From Ylistrum balloti (Eukaryota), in assembly GCF_031769215.1 (NCBI RefSeq), contig NW_026782081.1:1984001-2048000 (forward strand): 64,000 bases of DNA, written 5' to 3'. The notes beneath the pieces are model-generated. The model worked only from the letters and a program-made list of their open reading frames with translations, did no database searches and was not told the DNA's origin. Shown here in pieces: positions 12,469 through 26,200 of this stretch; position 1 is the stretch's first letter, and the number at the start of each line of letters is the position of its first letter. The position numbers and the translations under genes were made by a program.

Positions 12469-14380
12469 CACTAGGAAACAAGTTTTAACTGAGCATAATA
12501 GTACTACTACTTGTACCAAAGTCTAGACAATGACGTAGGAAAAGGTCTCTTTCCTTCTCCTGAAAATAAGACTCCCCAGTCAGTACCTTCCCTGTAGCAA
12601 CTGTAGGAGACACAGTGGGAATGGAGCAAACCCTTACATGGGTGGTTTAGCCATGTACACGGGTCATCTGAACAAGGTCATATAGTTGTTGTGCTACTGA
12701 TTGACAGAGGAGAACAGTGATACAGAATGGGACAAGAAGAAATGAACACTGTACTGTCATTGACATGTGTCACCAATCTAGTGCTGGCTATCATTGGCCA
12801 TCAAGTGAATCAAGCCCCAGCAGATCAGAATTTTCTCTGTCAGTTGGGAAGGAGACATAGATAACTGTTACAAACATGCGACCAAACACCAACGCTGCAT
12901 GATTAACCACAGAAAATGTTTCTAATGGTATCGCAAACCAAAGTGTGTGATATATATTTGTGTGTTCAGCACAAAACGTGTGTGATAAGTCTCACAAAAT
13001 GTATATACCAGTTAGATATATGTTGCCAGTCAAAATCAATAATCTCACACAATAATGGAAGTGTGTTCCTAATATGTTTTAACTTATCTTAATGTATTTG
13101 ACAAGAAATGGAAGTTTTCCATGACGATTTGTCAAGTTTTCAGGGTTAGTGCTTGTATTTTATTTTGTTGTTCAGACATAAGATGTCTTGTTTATGGATG
13201 AACTGGAAACAACAAATTGAGAAATTTAATAAGAAAATAATAACTCTTTGTCACATTGATAGATGCATTTTGATAAGACTATTTATATCGTGTGGGAGTG
13301 AGTGAAGAAGTGAGTGAACACATACTATGCATTTTTTAAAGAAATATCAACTAGGTAGTGATTTTATTGTTATCAATTAAAGTAAAATATGACTTTGAAT
13401 GTCCAAGAGAGAAAGGACTCTAATGAAATATGAGAACTTTAATCACGTTTTTGTGGACTAGGGGAAATAACTCCATGAAATAATATAATTTGCTCGTGAT
13501 TTTATTTTATGTTTTAATCACTTTTTTAAACATTATCATCTGAATTTTCATCTTATTTAAATAATTGTGTTCAAAACAAAAGCATTATTTTCAGTTTCAT
13601 TTTCATGCATGATGTAACATTCATCAGAGGCAAAGTTTTTTTTAGACAGAAATAATGTGGATCAACATTTCTTGGCAATAATAAAAAGTTACATTTCAAT
13701 TATACACATTTTGACATCTCAGGGATATTCATTTTTTGTGCTTTTTAATAACCAAAAAGAAAAAAAATATAAGAGATCTAATGTCTTGTAATCAGATCTG
13801 TCTCTAGTGTTATATAGATCTATTGCGCCAAAATCTCGCAAAATATTAAATCCAAATATTTTATGTAAACTTTGACCGCTTGTATTATTATTCTTAACTG
13901 CACTTTGAAATAGTGTTTTTAGTTTTATAGCATGCTGGATCATGTAGAAGTCCTCAGTATTATGAGTTGAAGTAGAGCTTATGACACAGCAAAGACAGTG
14001 CCTTCTTTGGAGATAAAGGGAGATAATTTTGTTTTTTTGAAGTGTATATACACATGTGTTAGCTCTTTCAGATGGTGACAACACACCTTAGCAAGAGTTT
14101 AATTTCCCCCTTTTTCCATGTTGTACTCTGTATATAGAAAAGCATGAATACAAAGAAAAAACCCTTTTACAACTTGTGTGTTTTATAATCAATATTAATA
14201 CTGTGTTTTAGAAGCAATATACTTGATGCGAACAATTAAAGTCACAGTGTGATATATATTTATATGTTTTAATAAATGTTTGTGTCAAGACTTTGCATAG
14301 TCTAGATATATTTAATATCCTTCGTTTCAAGTCCTCTTTAGCAGAAGCCTTTTCGGCTTTAGCCTTGCAAATCTGTCCGT

Positions 14381-14689
14381 TACATTTCCGCCCAAACATA
14401 AGCCATTTAAAAAACTTTTTATATTTCTGGGATTCTCAGCAAAACTATTTTTCTAACATATTCTAAATTTTGGTATATTAAAGTAATCGTTTCTGTCTGA
14501 GGGAAGCTGGCTTGAACTCTTTAAGATGTATACATTTCCGCCCAAACAGAAGTCATTAAAAACTTCTTATATTTCTGGAATTCATAGAAAAACTATTTTT
14601 CTAATACATTCTGAATTTTGGAACATATGTATATAAAAATGATTGTTTCTGTCTGAGGGAAGCTGGCTTGAACTCTTTAAGATGTATAC
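14381..14689. repeat. Tandem duplication of a ~150-bp unit, 2 copies
   Basis: Both copies begin TACATTTCCGCCCAAACA and end in an identical TTTCTGTCTGAGGGAAGCTGGCTTGAACTCTTTAAGATGTATAC. Confidence 0.9.
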
Positions 14690-16714
14690 CGGTAATGATT
14701 TACATGACACAAATCTATATTTGAGCTCTGCCAAAATATATCTGCAAATATTGTATTGAGTTATAGTCCAACAGAAGTGGAATGCTTAGGTTAGAACATG
14801 GGATTTTTTATGTAGGATGGAATAGCTGCGATCTGACCAGTAATTTCTTTACATTTACACAGTATTGATGCAAGCATTATCCTTTTGCTTATCAATACAC
14901 ATTTTCTAAGATATACATAATGAAGCTTTAAATGTTTGTTTTATGTTCAGATATATGCATATATTTATTTTAATGAGATAAAAAGAAAAATAGAGAAATT
15001 TAAGATGAATTTTATATGTTGATTGACAAAAATGACAAAGAAATTAACTGATTTGACTGACATAGTTATCAACACAAAATTACCTAGTATGCATGTATAA
15101 TTACAGGGACATTCTCTGGAGTATCATTGCAGCCCTTCATACCCCAAAATAAAATAAGGATATCCAATGATGACAAAATTATAAATGCCAAATACCTAGG
15201 TAGTCTGTGAATAGGATGTGAAAGATATGTGCCTTGGTGTAATCATATTTCGTCCAAAATGAATTATCTTTGTGAAAAAGGACAAAATTACTGAAATGAC
15301 CATATGCAATATTAAAATGCTTGCAAATTACTTTGGTTCAAATTTAAAACACAATGAAAACAATTTGCAAGCTTGTCAGAAAAATTGCTGGTGTAAAACA
15401 ATTTTTTTTTTTTTTTAAATTGAAGTATACAAAGAATTGTCAGTGAAGTAGCATTAATACAATGTAAATCATGCATACTAATTATGTTTACATTTTTGTA
15501 AACAATGTTGTCACATTTTTTTTAGCAAAGACTTGCTCCTTGATTTTACATATAACCAAAGAGAAAGTAAAGTTATGTGTGATGTTGGTCAGCTAATGAG
15601 CTTTAAGAATGCTTCATAGCGAGACAACTAGTTGAGGGTTCCATTTAATGGATAATATTTTATCTCTAACATTTTATATTTTTGAAACTTTTGAATCTGT
15701 TAAATGTTAACTTTATTTCAACCAACTTAAAACAAAAGGCAAAATGGCAGATACAAAATTGCAACAGAAAAGAAATGAGGCAACATTTTATTTTCAATTA
15801 CGAGAAAAATAAAAAATATGTTTGCAGTTTTTCTGTACGATCAATGTTTTTTTCTATATGATTTTTGTCAACTGATGAGCTATTGGTTTTGATATTTCAA
15901 TGGTAATAATGAACTACATCAAGATGTTCTAAGGGACTTAAGGCAACCACCTAAATATTTGTGATATATTTACTATCTCATATTTGCTTTATTTTCAATG
16001 GCATTTTCTTCCTGTCTTCTTTCTTTCTAAATATTTACATATAGAATTTACAGAACAACTTTTCCTCTTTTCTCCTATTTCACAATATTTGCATTTTTCT
16101 GTCTTTTTTTTTCCAACTTCACAAATAAAGGTATTTTATTTTTACTTTAGTATGAGATGTGAAGTTATGAGAACTGGGGTAATTAACATCCAGTCTCCTC
16201 AAATCAACATACTGTTTGTCCATGTTATTTTTACATATCTGAAACTCCTCAAGGCAAGATTTAAAATTTCAAGTAAATGAAGCGGTGCATTGATGTTTGT
16301 TTTTGTGATTTTATTTCAACACTTGTTCCACTAGTTGTGTCTTAGCATGTGCAAGGTATATGTGTGGATGTATGTGTGCTAGTTCCACATGTGTTATGTA
16401 GGTATTTACAAGTGTAATGGTTGTGTGATGTGGTGTACAAAGTTCTGTCACATTTTAAACATTAAGTTGAAGGCAAGATATATGCGCCTGCTGTTTATAC
16501 TTTTTACAAAATAGATGAATACAAAATAGTGTAAACTGCAATTAATAAAGCTATATTTTTAAACCTAAAGTTGGCAATCATGATTTATTTTTAATTGTGG
16601 CCTATCAAAGTTGCCCACATCTTTGGTCCATCGCCCATCCCATTAACAGTTGTTGGTTATAGTTGCTTTTTCTGGAGAGATACTGGATAGTTCTCTTGTA
16701 TTTCATAAGTAGAC

Positions 16715-16940
16715 CACCTTGGTCCCTAATGTGCCCTTGTAGCTTTGGGACTGATTAGAAAAACGAAACAGCTGACAGACGACCATCTTTGATTCTGACA
16801 ATGAAAGTCTATTGCTATTTCTTCAGAAATACTGGGTAGATCATTCTCAAATTTCATGTGGACTCTCCTTTGTCCCTGTAGCTGTGCATGCTCCATTTTT
16901 GGACTGCTTGGAAAAGCGAAGTGGCAACATGCTGTCATGA
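16715..16940 (+). mobile_element. Fragment of the same HINE core-repeat family, in opposite orientation to the adjacent element
   Basis: CTTGGTCCCTAATGTGC and CATTCTCAAATTTCATGTG are reverse complements of the GCACAACTAGGGACCAAG and CATATGAAATTTGAGAAAG core motifs. Confidence 0.6.
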
Positions 16941-16951
16941 AAAGAAATTAT

Positions 16952-18168
16952 AACAAGAGATCCCAGAGGGATCTTGGCGCCCACCATTTGAGGATCTGTT
17001 TTCAGTTCTTGAAGATTTGTTTATTTTTGTTTGTTTGTTGCAGGTGTTGTTAATGTTCATGAACTGGTCTTCATTGAATGTACTCAATGATGGCACTAGA
17101 TATTTTTATTAAGCACCTATTAGCAAATATCATTTGAAAAAGATCCCAGAGTATCATTAGATAGCAGTCAGTTACAGGTGGATAATGGACAATATGCTGG
17201 TGCTATATTACTGTCGACATCCAAGATGGCTGCCTGTGGGCCACCTTGAGTTCAAATCGGTCCAAAAAAGGTACAATGCACAACTAGGGACCAAGGGAAA
17301 CCAATATCTATGAAATATCAGAAGGATCCATCCAGTACTTCCTCAGATATAGCAGTAACAAGATTTTACTCTCAAAATCCAAGATGGCTGCCTGTCAGCC
17401 ATCTTGATTTTGGATCAGTCCAAAAAGGTATAATGCACAACTTGGAACCAAAGGGAAACTGCATATGAAATTTGAGAAAGATCCATCCAGTACTTTCCAA
17501 GAAATAGCAGTAACAAACTTTTACATCCAAAATCCAAGATGGCTGCATCTGTTGGCCAAAAAAGGTACATTGCACAACTAGGGACTAAGGGGAAACTGCA
17601 TATGAAATTTGAGAAAGATCCATCCAGTACTTTCCAAGAAATAGGGGTAACAATCTTTTACTTCCAAAATCCAAGAAAAAAGGTACAATGCACAACTAGG
17701 GACCAAGGGGAAACTGCATATGAAATTTGAGGAAGATCCATCCAGTACTTTCTCAGAAATAGTGGTAACAAACTTTTACTTCCAAAATCCAAGATGGCCA
17801 CCTCCAAAAAAGGTACAATGCACAACTAGGGACCAAGGGGAACCTGCATATGAAATTTGAGAAAGATCCATCCAGTACTTTCCAAGAAATAACGGTAACA
17901 AACTTTTACTTCCAAAATCCAAGATGGCTGCCTGTCGGCAGGCAACTAGGGACCAAGGGGAAACTGCATATGAAATTTGAGGAAGATCCATCCAGTACTT
18001 TCTCAGAAATAGCGGTAACAAACTTTTTTTCCAGAAATAGCAGTCCAAAAATGGTACAATTACAACTGCATATTTTTTCCAGCACTTTTCCAGAAATAGC
18101 AGTTACAAGGACCACGGACGCATGGTGATTTGAATAACCCACCATCTATTAGATGGTGGGCTAATAAA
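16952..18168 (-). mobile_element. Non-autonomous Helentron-associated element (HINE/DINE-like) with a central tandem array
   Basis: Minus-strand 5' end TTTATTAGCCCACCATC-TAATA-GATGGTGGG (hairpin) then GCGTCCGTGGTCC. The 3' end is TGGTGGGCGCC-AAGATCCC-TCT-GGGATCT-CTTGTT. The interior has about 6 copies of a ~120-150 bp unit. Confidence 0.8.
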
Positions 18169-20784
18169 TAGCAGATAGGTGGCCATATTGGACTGACAGT
18201 TGCAGTTGGTTAGCACTTCATCTTGAGAAGTTTAGATGAGAAATTGGTAAGGTTCGTTAGTGAAGGGCAATAACTCCAGTCAATCATAGGTAAAGGTAAT
18301 TTGTAAAGCCAAAGTTTTCCGTCCTATTCCGACTAATTAATGTGCCCCTTAAATGCCCTATGGTGGTTTTATCAGACTAGCCAATTGGACCCCATCGTGA
18401 TTATTCCATGACAAATAGATGTCTGGTCAAACATTTCTTTGGGCCCTCCCAAATGATGCTTAAAGGAATTGAATTAAATTAAGACTGAAATGCAAACATT
18501 ACTGTTTCCAAATAATGTGGAATGTTTTTAAACTGATAACTGCGTTTTATACATGTGGATGGTGGGCAAATAGAGTTATTTTCTATTCTAAACCAATGTC
18601 TTATCCTTAAAACCTCTCAACAGACTTGCTTTATATTTACCCAATAGAATCAAGTCCTGACCTTATATTGGGGTGGACATGGTTACGATTGCAGGTCACA
18701 TTCGACAACTTTTGCACATTCATCAAATGATACCAATATGCATTAGAATGAAAAATATAGATATATCCTAGTTAACATTTGATTAAATTATATTGACAAA
18801 ACATTAAGGCACTTTCGATGATTTCTACAAATTTTCAGTAAAACAAATATTACTACCGATTTTCTGATTATCTACATATCCTCAAAGCCCTATTGGTAAT
18901 GAAGGCCAAGGGATAACAGGTCTGTAGTGTCAGTTAAATCAGGCTTAGCAGAGAACACATTGAGGTCTGTCTATTTGTACTGGGTGGTTCAACAAATAAA
19001 CTTCATACCATTATCATTAATGGAAAAGCAAAAACCAAGAAGAGTATTAGTTTGGAATATTTATTTCCAGTAATTTAAGTTTTTCTCTGTGCGTCGTACA
19101 CAACGCTGACAGTATCACAGCTGAACACATTAGATTTTTTTTGTTTTTGTTTTTCATTAATCTTTGACATACCATGTCAACAATTGCACATGCATACATT
19201 ACATCATGCTGTCATACACACATTATCATACATGTTTTCTCCACACACTCTACTCCAAGGGAGCCCTTGTCTATCAATAAACTCAAAAAGCACTAAAGAA
19301 ACACCATATTGTACATAAATCATGCAAAACTTATTTGTTCACACTATTATTTCTTTCTCTCATTCTCACTCGACCTGCTGCAGATATATTTATTATTTGT
19401 CCATCATAATTCTTTTCTCCTCCAACAATCAAAATACACGTGCTCATAAATTTGAACTGCTATCCAATATTTTCTCAAATACTTGGAAATACCTCTTCAG
19501 TAAATATTCATTAGTACTGGGTCACACACTACATTTGTATATATGGTAAACTATCACATCAAACATTTCCCCTCTAAACTTGATTGCACCTGCTAGTATT
19601 TCTGACCACATAACCCTGTATCATCCCAGAGGATAAGAGATCCTCTAGACATCCTTAGAGCTCTTCAGAAAAGTCCAATACACTGATCATAATTAATAAA
19701 AGTACAGAGTATAACAGATGTAATTTAACAATAGATGATATCGTTGGTACACATCCCATTCTTTTGTATACTGTATATCTCTCATTACCCTTAAATGTAA
19801 TCTATAAAGTGCATGATCATTACATAAATGTTCATCTCTCTCTTGTCCTGTAATAGATAGGTTTTCATCAATTATTCAATAACACAACTTATATATTGGT
19901 TAGAGACATGGTTTGTAAAATCCTTACATTGTAATGAAGAAAACTTCTTCTGTATGGAAACATAATCAGCATTACAATAACAGCCAGATGCACTAATGTT
20001 GAACAGGTTCTATGGTACAGTCACTCTACCTGTCATATTACATTGCAGAGGTGCATCTGTGAAGATTTATAAATAAAAAATGTACCATCTTTTGTGACTC
20101 CTACAAATACACTTGATGCTAGCCTTTAAAATCAGAACGGTGAAAAAAGATATATATGTATACAATAACAAGGCCTTAATAGATAATCTGGTCATCTTTA
20201 AATTGATTCAGTTATGATACATGTATATAAAGTCTTAACAGTACAACAAATGTAACTGGAGAACAGTGAAAAACTTTTTTAAACAATTCTAATAGACCCA
20301 GTTCCTTGCCCACTGAAATTCACCTTGTTTCACAAACCTCTATAAAAAAAAACCCTATTATGTCACACACCTCTATCCCCTGTGGGTCATAATACTCCAT
20401 TTAGTGACAAGTCCCATACGATCATTTAATACACCTGACAGACCTTTAATTTACTGCTACAAATTTTTGCTCTCTATTTTCTATTTGAGCCCTAGTACTT
20501 TGCCTCACACCCTCAACTTCCACATCTCTATCCCCCGACAGAATATATAAGGTTTATTACTGGAGTACTTAAGTTAAAAGCTGTATTTCCTTGATAAGTG
20601 ATGTTCAAGACTAAATTAAGTCAAAGTTCATAACCAATACCCAGGATGTAAATTCACATGTAGAACAACCTATATATCATATGTAAATATAAACCTTTTA
20701 CAGTTTACATCAATTGTGAAACAAGACAAAAACTGATATTAATCCTTCATGTTTGCCAGGATCTAAGTACCTTCAGCTTTTTCA

Positions 20785-20905
20785 GAGAGGAAACTATGGG
20801 TACAAGGAGAAAACCCCAAATGGTTTAGCAGGTGACCCCATAGAATCAAATTCTGTCCATTTCGATGAAAGACAAGTGTAGCCTCTCTGCCATCAAACCA
20901 CTTTA
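20785..20905 (-). mobile_element. Degenerate V-type SINE fragment
   Basis: GAGGAAACTATGGGTACAAGGAGAAAACCCC...GCAGGTGACCCCATA matches 42742-42795. Confidence 0.55.
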
Positions 20906-23264
20906 CCACCCTCTAAGGATTTAACCACTCAAAATATTACTTATTTTTGCCTTATTTGGCTCCAACACTCTACTTCTTTGAAAGTCTATTCATCTTTCAA
21001 GTACTCCCATCAAATTTAAACACAATTCCTTCTGTGATTCTAGACTAGTTGCATTTATAGTGCAGTTTGATGCCAGACAACAAACACTGCACCATGACAT
21101 CGCTCATTCATCCTCCTGGCCAGAGAAGCTCTACGGATCATCAATGGTAACTGTTTGTAATAAAACCATATCCAAAAGTGACTAATAATGTGACTTTATA
21201 CCAGAAATGGTACCTGCAATGTTTTCTGATTTACAAAACACGCAGACAAATTTCATCATGTGAAGAACACAATTATCCATGTATTGTTTGTGTCCATGTG
21301 TTATTTGTGTATGCTGTATCTGTAAAGGTGTGACTTAACACCTGCAATTGTACATACAAAGTTTTTCTGACTTGCAAAACAACATACAAATTTCATCAAC
21401 TGAAGGACTCACTTATTCTTGTGTTGGTCCTATATGCTTTACCTGTTATAGTCTCATACACAGGCTACACTCGTGTACATCTACAATCAACATCTTCCAC
21501 TTGTATCAAAATGAGGTAGAACAGCTTGCTGAGTTAGGCAGAGTACAATTTCTCAGTGCACCAGTATGTATACAAATCAATGTACTACTGAACAAAAAAT
21601 CAGTCACCACAAACTATGCAAAATCTGGTGTTTTGATCAATCTACCATGCAAACTTTTGAGTAAGGATTACAGATCTACTTCTAGTAGGTCTGTCAAGCT
21701 GCTTTGGTACACTTAGTTCTGTAGTAGTTTTCACATGTAACACGATCTTTAAGAAGTTCTTCTTAAATCATAAATATATCCTTGATTCTGAAGTTCTCTT
21801 CATATTAACAAGCTAATTTTTTTTTGCTTCTATTTGACAATTCAGTAATGGAGAAATGTTTTCAAAGACAGCCCTGATTTGAACAACTTTTTAGTATACA
21901 TCTTTAAACACTCAGTTGTATCATAATATGAAAACACTGTGGAATCTGAATCAATTCAAACATCTTATATAAATAACTGATGATTCACACATTTACTATG
22001 TAATTATTCACATGGATTCTAATTATTCAATGATGCAACATTTTATTTCTTTATTTTCTTGTCGGAAAAGCATCAATAATTGTGAAGTATTTAGAATTAC
22101 TGAAAAATCGCTTATAACCAGGCTATCCCTGTGAAGTATTAGCAAGATATAGAAAAGTAGGTGTCAAATATGACCTCAAAGTGGAAGTCAAAGGGACTTA
22201 ATAATTACATCACACTTCACACCATCTTTGCGCAGTGTATTGGAATAGGTTCTGGAAAGAAGACTCACAAAAATCTGTAATAAAACTGACCCTTTAGCAC
22301 AAAGGAGCCTTGGTACAGGGTCAAACCAAGTTGGCAAAACTTTTCACATATCTATTAAAAGATGACTTCAGATATACAATATATAATACATGTATAAATA
22401 GTTTCACATTCACAAAATAACAGAATCAAAGTACATCACTTTCTGATATATTTATCTACACTGTAGAACTGTGGAAGTAAACCTACTCTTGAAATAGTTT
22501 GAAATTATTTTTTGGATCCTATTTTACACAATGAAAACTTCATCATCAAATGAGATTACTTGAAAAGAAATGATGGAATATTTGCTTTTGTTCATGCTTG
22601 TATCTAACACTTGCTTTTCACAGTGCAGTTGTTTCTATTATACATTTGATTAAATAAATGCTTGGTTTACAGAAACAACAGGTGGGTTAACAAAGAGACA
22701 TTATTTATAATATCACTTCTGATTCAAGGAATTTTGAAAAATTATTGCTCTACATGTGCAAAATTAACAACATTTATTTAAACATTTTAAAAATGTTCTT
22801 TTTGCGACTTGCACTTTTTCAGTGCATAAATTCTTACAAATTTGACAACTTAAGGTATTCAGTCTCCATCACTAACAAATTTTAAAAGTTGCAGAATCCT
22901 ATTTTCATACTAGACATCGTTTATTCTCATGCACAATGGAATTTCAGAAGTTCCCCATTTTGCCACATATTCAGCCTAAAATCAGCAAGAAGAAATTAAC
23001 TTGAGATACAGCCTAAGATCAACATATATTATCCAAAATGTGATTTTCTTTACTAGCTCCTGATGTAACTCCACTAAAAACCTAGTATTATATCCCCTAT
23101 ATCATAACAACTCCAAGCTTCCTCCTCCATCACTCAATACAATCTGTTGCTAAGGCCAGGACAACACCGGCACGTCAAAGTGTGGTGACACTGGTTGCTG
23201 GCTTTGGTGTGCCATTACTTGTGGGCTGTAAGAGATCACAGTCGACCGAGATTATCCTGTACCA

Positions 23265-26200
23265 TCAGGTTACATCCATTGCCATATCATGCTTTATACT
23301 GTTCATATTATTCATGTTGTTCAGATGACTCACATCGTCATGGTTCTGCCTAGAAAGAAAATAGAACCATATTGTAAATAATCTATTACCTTTGATGATG
23401 TACAGAAAATTGACAGAAGTTATGTAAATACATAGAATTCATTACCTTAAACACCAACTTCCATGTTAGTTTTCAAAGTTGATTCTAACCTAGATAATAC
23501 CAGTTATCATAAGGAATATAATATGTCAGACTGTCAGTCCGGCAAGGAAGTGGATAAACAACTATAATTTCAGCATTGTTTATCTCACATGCTACACACA
23601 CAGTAACAATTGCTTACTTCATACTATCCAATGGTGCAGCTTTAGAGAAATTTTTCAGGAGATTTGAGCTGACAGCCGAGACAGTTTTGTTGGATATTGA
23701 ATTGATTGGCGTGAACGCAGATGATGATGACGATGAGGAGGAAGTTAGACTAGAAGACAAACTTTTGGTGGTAGTCAGTGGTGGAAGCGATGAGTTATTG
23801 TTTTTGTTGAGTGGAAAGTTTAGCTGTAGCACTGTGGCGGCTGGTGATGTTGAAAGCCCTGTGATTTTATCTGTTGAAATAAAGAACAAAAGTCAATAAA
23901 CAAACATACATGGTCATGACACATGTTCCATGACCTAAAAACCTATACAATGTATGTCCTTTCTTTCAATCCATCATTACACTTACTCATTTCCAAACAA
24001 TTTATGTTTGATTTGGCGCCGGTAATTTGGATTACTTTCCCAACTTGGTGATACTTATGGAAACCAATATTTCATTGTGACCTCTGACCTTCAGATCAGA
24101 AAAGTACTTATTTGAAAGCACTGCCAATGAAAAAGTATCAAATGAGGTTAAAGTGAATTAGACCAAACAGATCTCCATATATTGTGTGGAAACCAATTTA
24201 CATTCCATGAGATGTGAGAAAGCACAGTATTAATTTTGAGTAAATGCTGCTCAACAATACTCAATATTTGGAAAAACTTTTCTATTCATGTGACCTTCTG
24301 ACCTGAAAAGTAATCATCAAAAGCCAAAATAAACATCAAGCAATACTCTTTATCACCACACAATATTCTTTGTCACCACAATCCTTACATGTCATCATTT
24401 ATATTCATTTTACTTTCAGCCTTGAAAACAAAGTGATCCAAGAAGAATCTTGGCACCCACCATGGAATGATCTTTATTGACTCTATGCGAGGCTTATCTT
24501 TTCATGCACTTTTTCCTTTTACCTTTTAATCTTTTGATAAAATGGAACACTAGCTACAAATGAAATCTAAGAAAGAGCAATTGTCTAAATCAAAGGTGGT
24601 CTCCACTCTCGAGCAAACACAAAAGTTAAAGAGCACAACTTGGGACCAAGAAGAATCTACACATCACATTGGAGAAACACTTGTCAATTACTTCTCAAAA
24701 AATAGCAATAACAAACAAGCTTTTCCACCACTCTGTTTCACTTATCACTCAAAATTGAAAGTGTACAACTAGGGACAGATGGGAACCTACATATTTTGTC
24801 TTACAAACACCCCTTCTGTACTTCTCAAGAAATAACGAAAACAAGAACCGTTTACAGATGTAACACAGCAGGCGATGTGATCAGTTCATCTGATGACGGT
24901 GGGCTGAAAATTTGCAACATTCCACCAACCGTTAAATAAAACAATAGTGATTAAGCATATGCAACACTTTGTAGTCTTACTTTGTGCTGATATAGGTCCA
25001 TTGGATAGAGTCTTTGTTGGGATAACGGATGCCAGAGGCGATGACAACGTGACTGCAGGTGACACTGCTGAAATTGCCACTGTTGGCAAAGGTGTGGTCA
25101 CTACAGCCACACAGGATGTTGGTTTGATGGCTTTTATTGATATTGTTGATGATACAGACGATGAAGGTGTCAATGATGAAGACTGTGTACTAGCACCAGT
25201 TTTTGTTGCACTTTGAAGTTGAGATGTATTCAGTACTGCAGATACTGCAAATTTTGCACTTTCAGAATCAAGTGTGAATCTTGAGGTGGGTTGAGAAGAA
25301 AAGGAATGATCAAGTTCACTACTACACGAACTGTCCAGAACAAGTGTGTCCTGCTTGCGTAATTGTTCTTCCTGGGCCCGCTGCATTTGCAGTAACTGTT
25401 CACGATGAGACTGGAAGCTCTCTAAATTAAACTCAGTCTCCTCTTCAGCACTAGTAACATTGGACCCATGTGAAGTCATGTCATCCAGAGTCGGTGAATG
25501 TGGACGAAAATGTGGTCTATGAAAACAAATATAACAGGCAGATTTTAAAAAACACATCAATATTTAACATTGCTCCTACAAAAGGTTAAAAAAGAACAAT
25601 TCATAATATTTGTATTAATTATAATCAAAACATCCAACTGACAGAACTGCATCGCGCTTTTCTCAAAAATCAACGAATCTGTAAAATTTAAAGATGAATT
25701 TATCTTGGCAAAGATGAGAGCAAGCACTTTTGTTGTCCGACTTACCACTTTATCCATGTTAACTTTGTTGAATTGCTATGAGTCATTTCTTAGCAACTAT
25801 TTCAATTTCATGCCTTATGAATGTAAAGCAAGGTTTGAAATAATTAATTTTGACAAAACTGCCAGCCATTCTGACCATCAAGATTTGTTCAACAAGCTCT
25901 TTCCTTAACACATTATGGATCTTCTTAACATAGATTGAGTACTCCATCACAATCAATCAAAACAAAGAGGCAACAAAGTGACCTACTTTCTTCGAACTTA
26001 CATTTTTCTTTCCCTGATATATGTGACGTAATCCCCTACTATCCCTGAAAATGGCCCGGAACCTGACGACAAGTCTGTCCGACTTAGCTCGTCGTCCCAA
26101 GGTGTGAAAGCTCGGTCTACCAATATTCTGTTAAAAAATAAAAGTCAAAATGTATGAGTAATGTCTTAAAACTAACATAAATGTAAATTTCAAGCTGGAA

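Noticed and set aside
16726-18145. ORFs 16726-16938, 17372-17575, 17539-17730, 17776-18048, 17850-18128 and 17906-18145 as proteins
   Set aside because: They are translations of the HINE core repeat on both strands.
23576-25216. + strand ORFs 23576-23899 and 24947-25216
   Set aside because: They are antisense shadows of low-complexity Ser/Thr-rich EPC exons. The same applies to 35926-36198, 39613-39897, 51797-52057 and 63077-63375 over their host exons.
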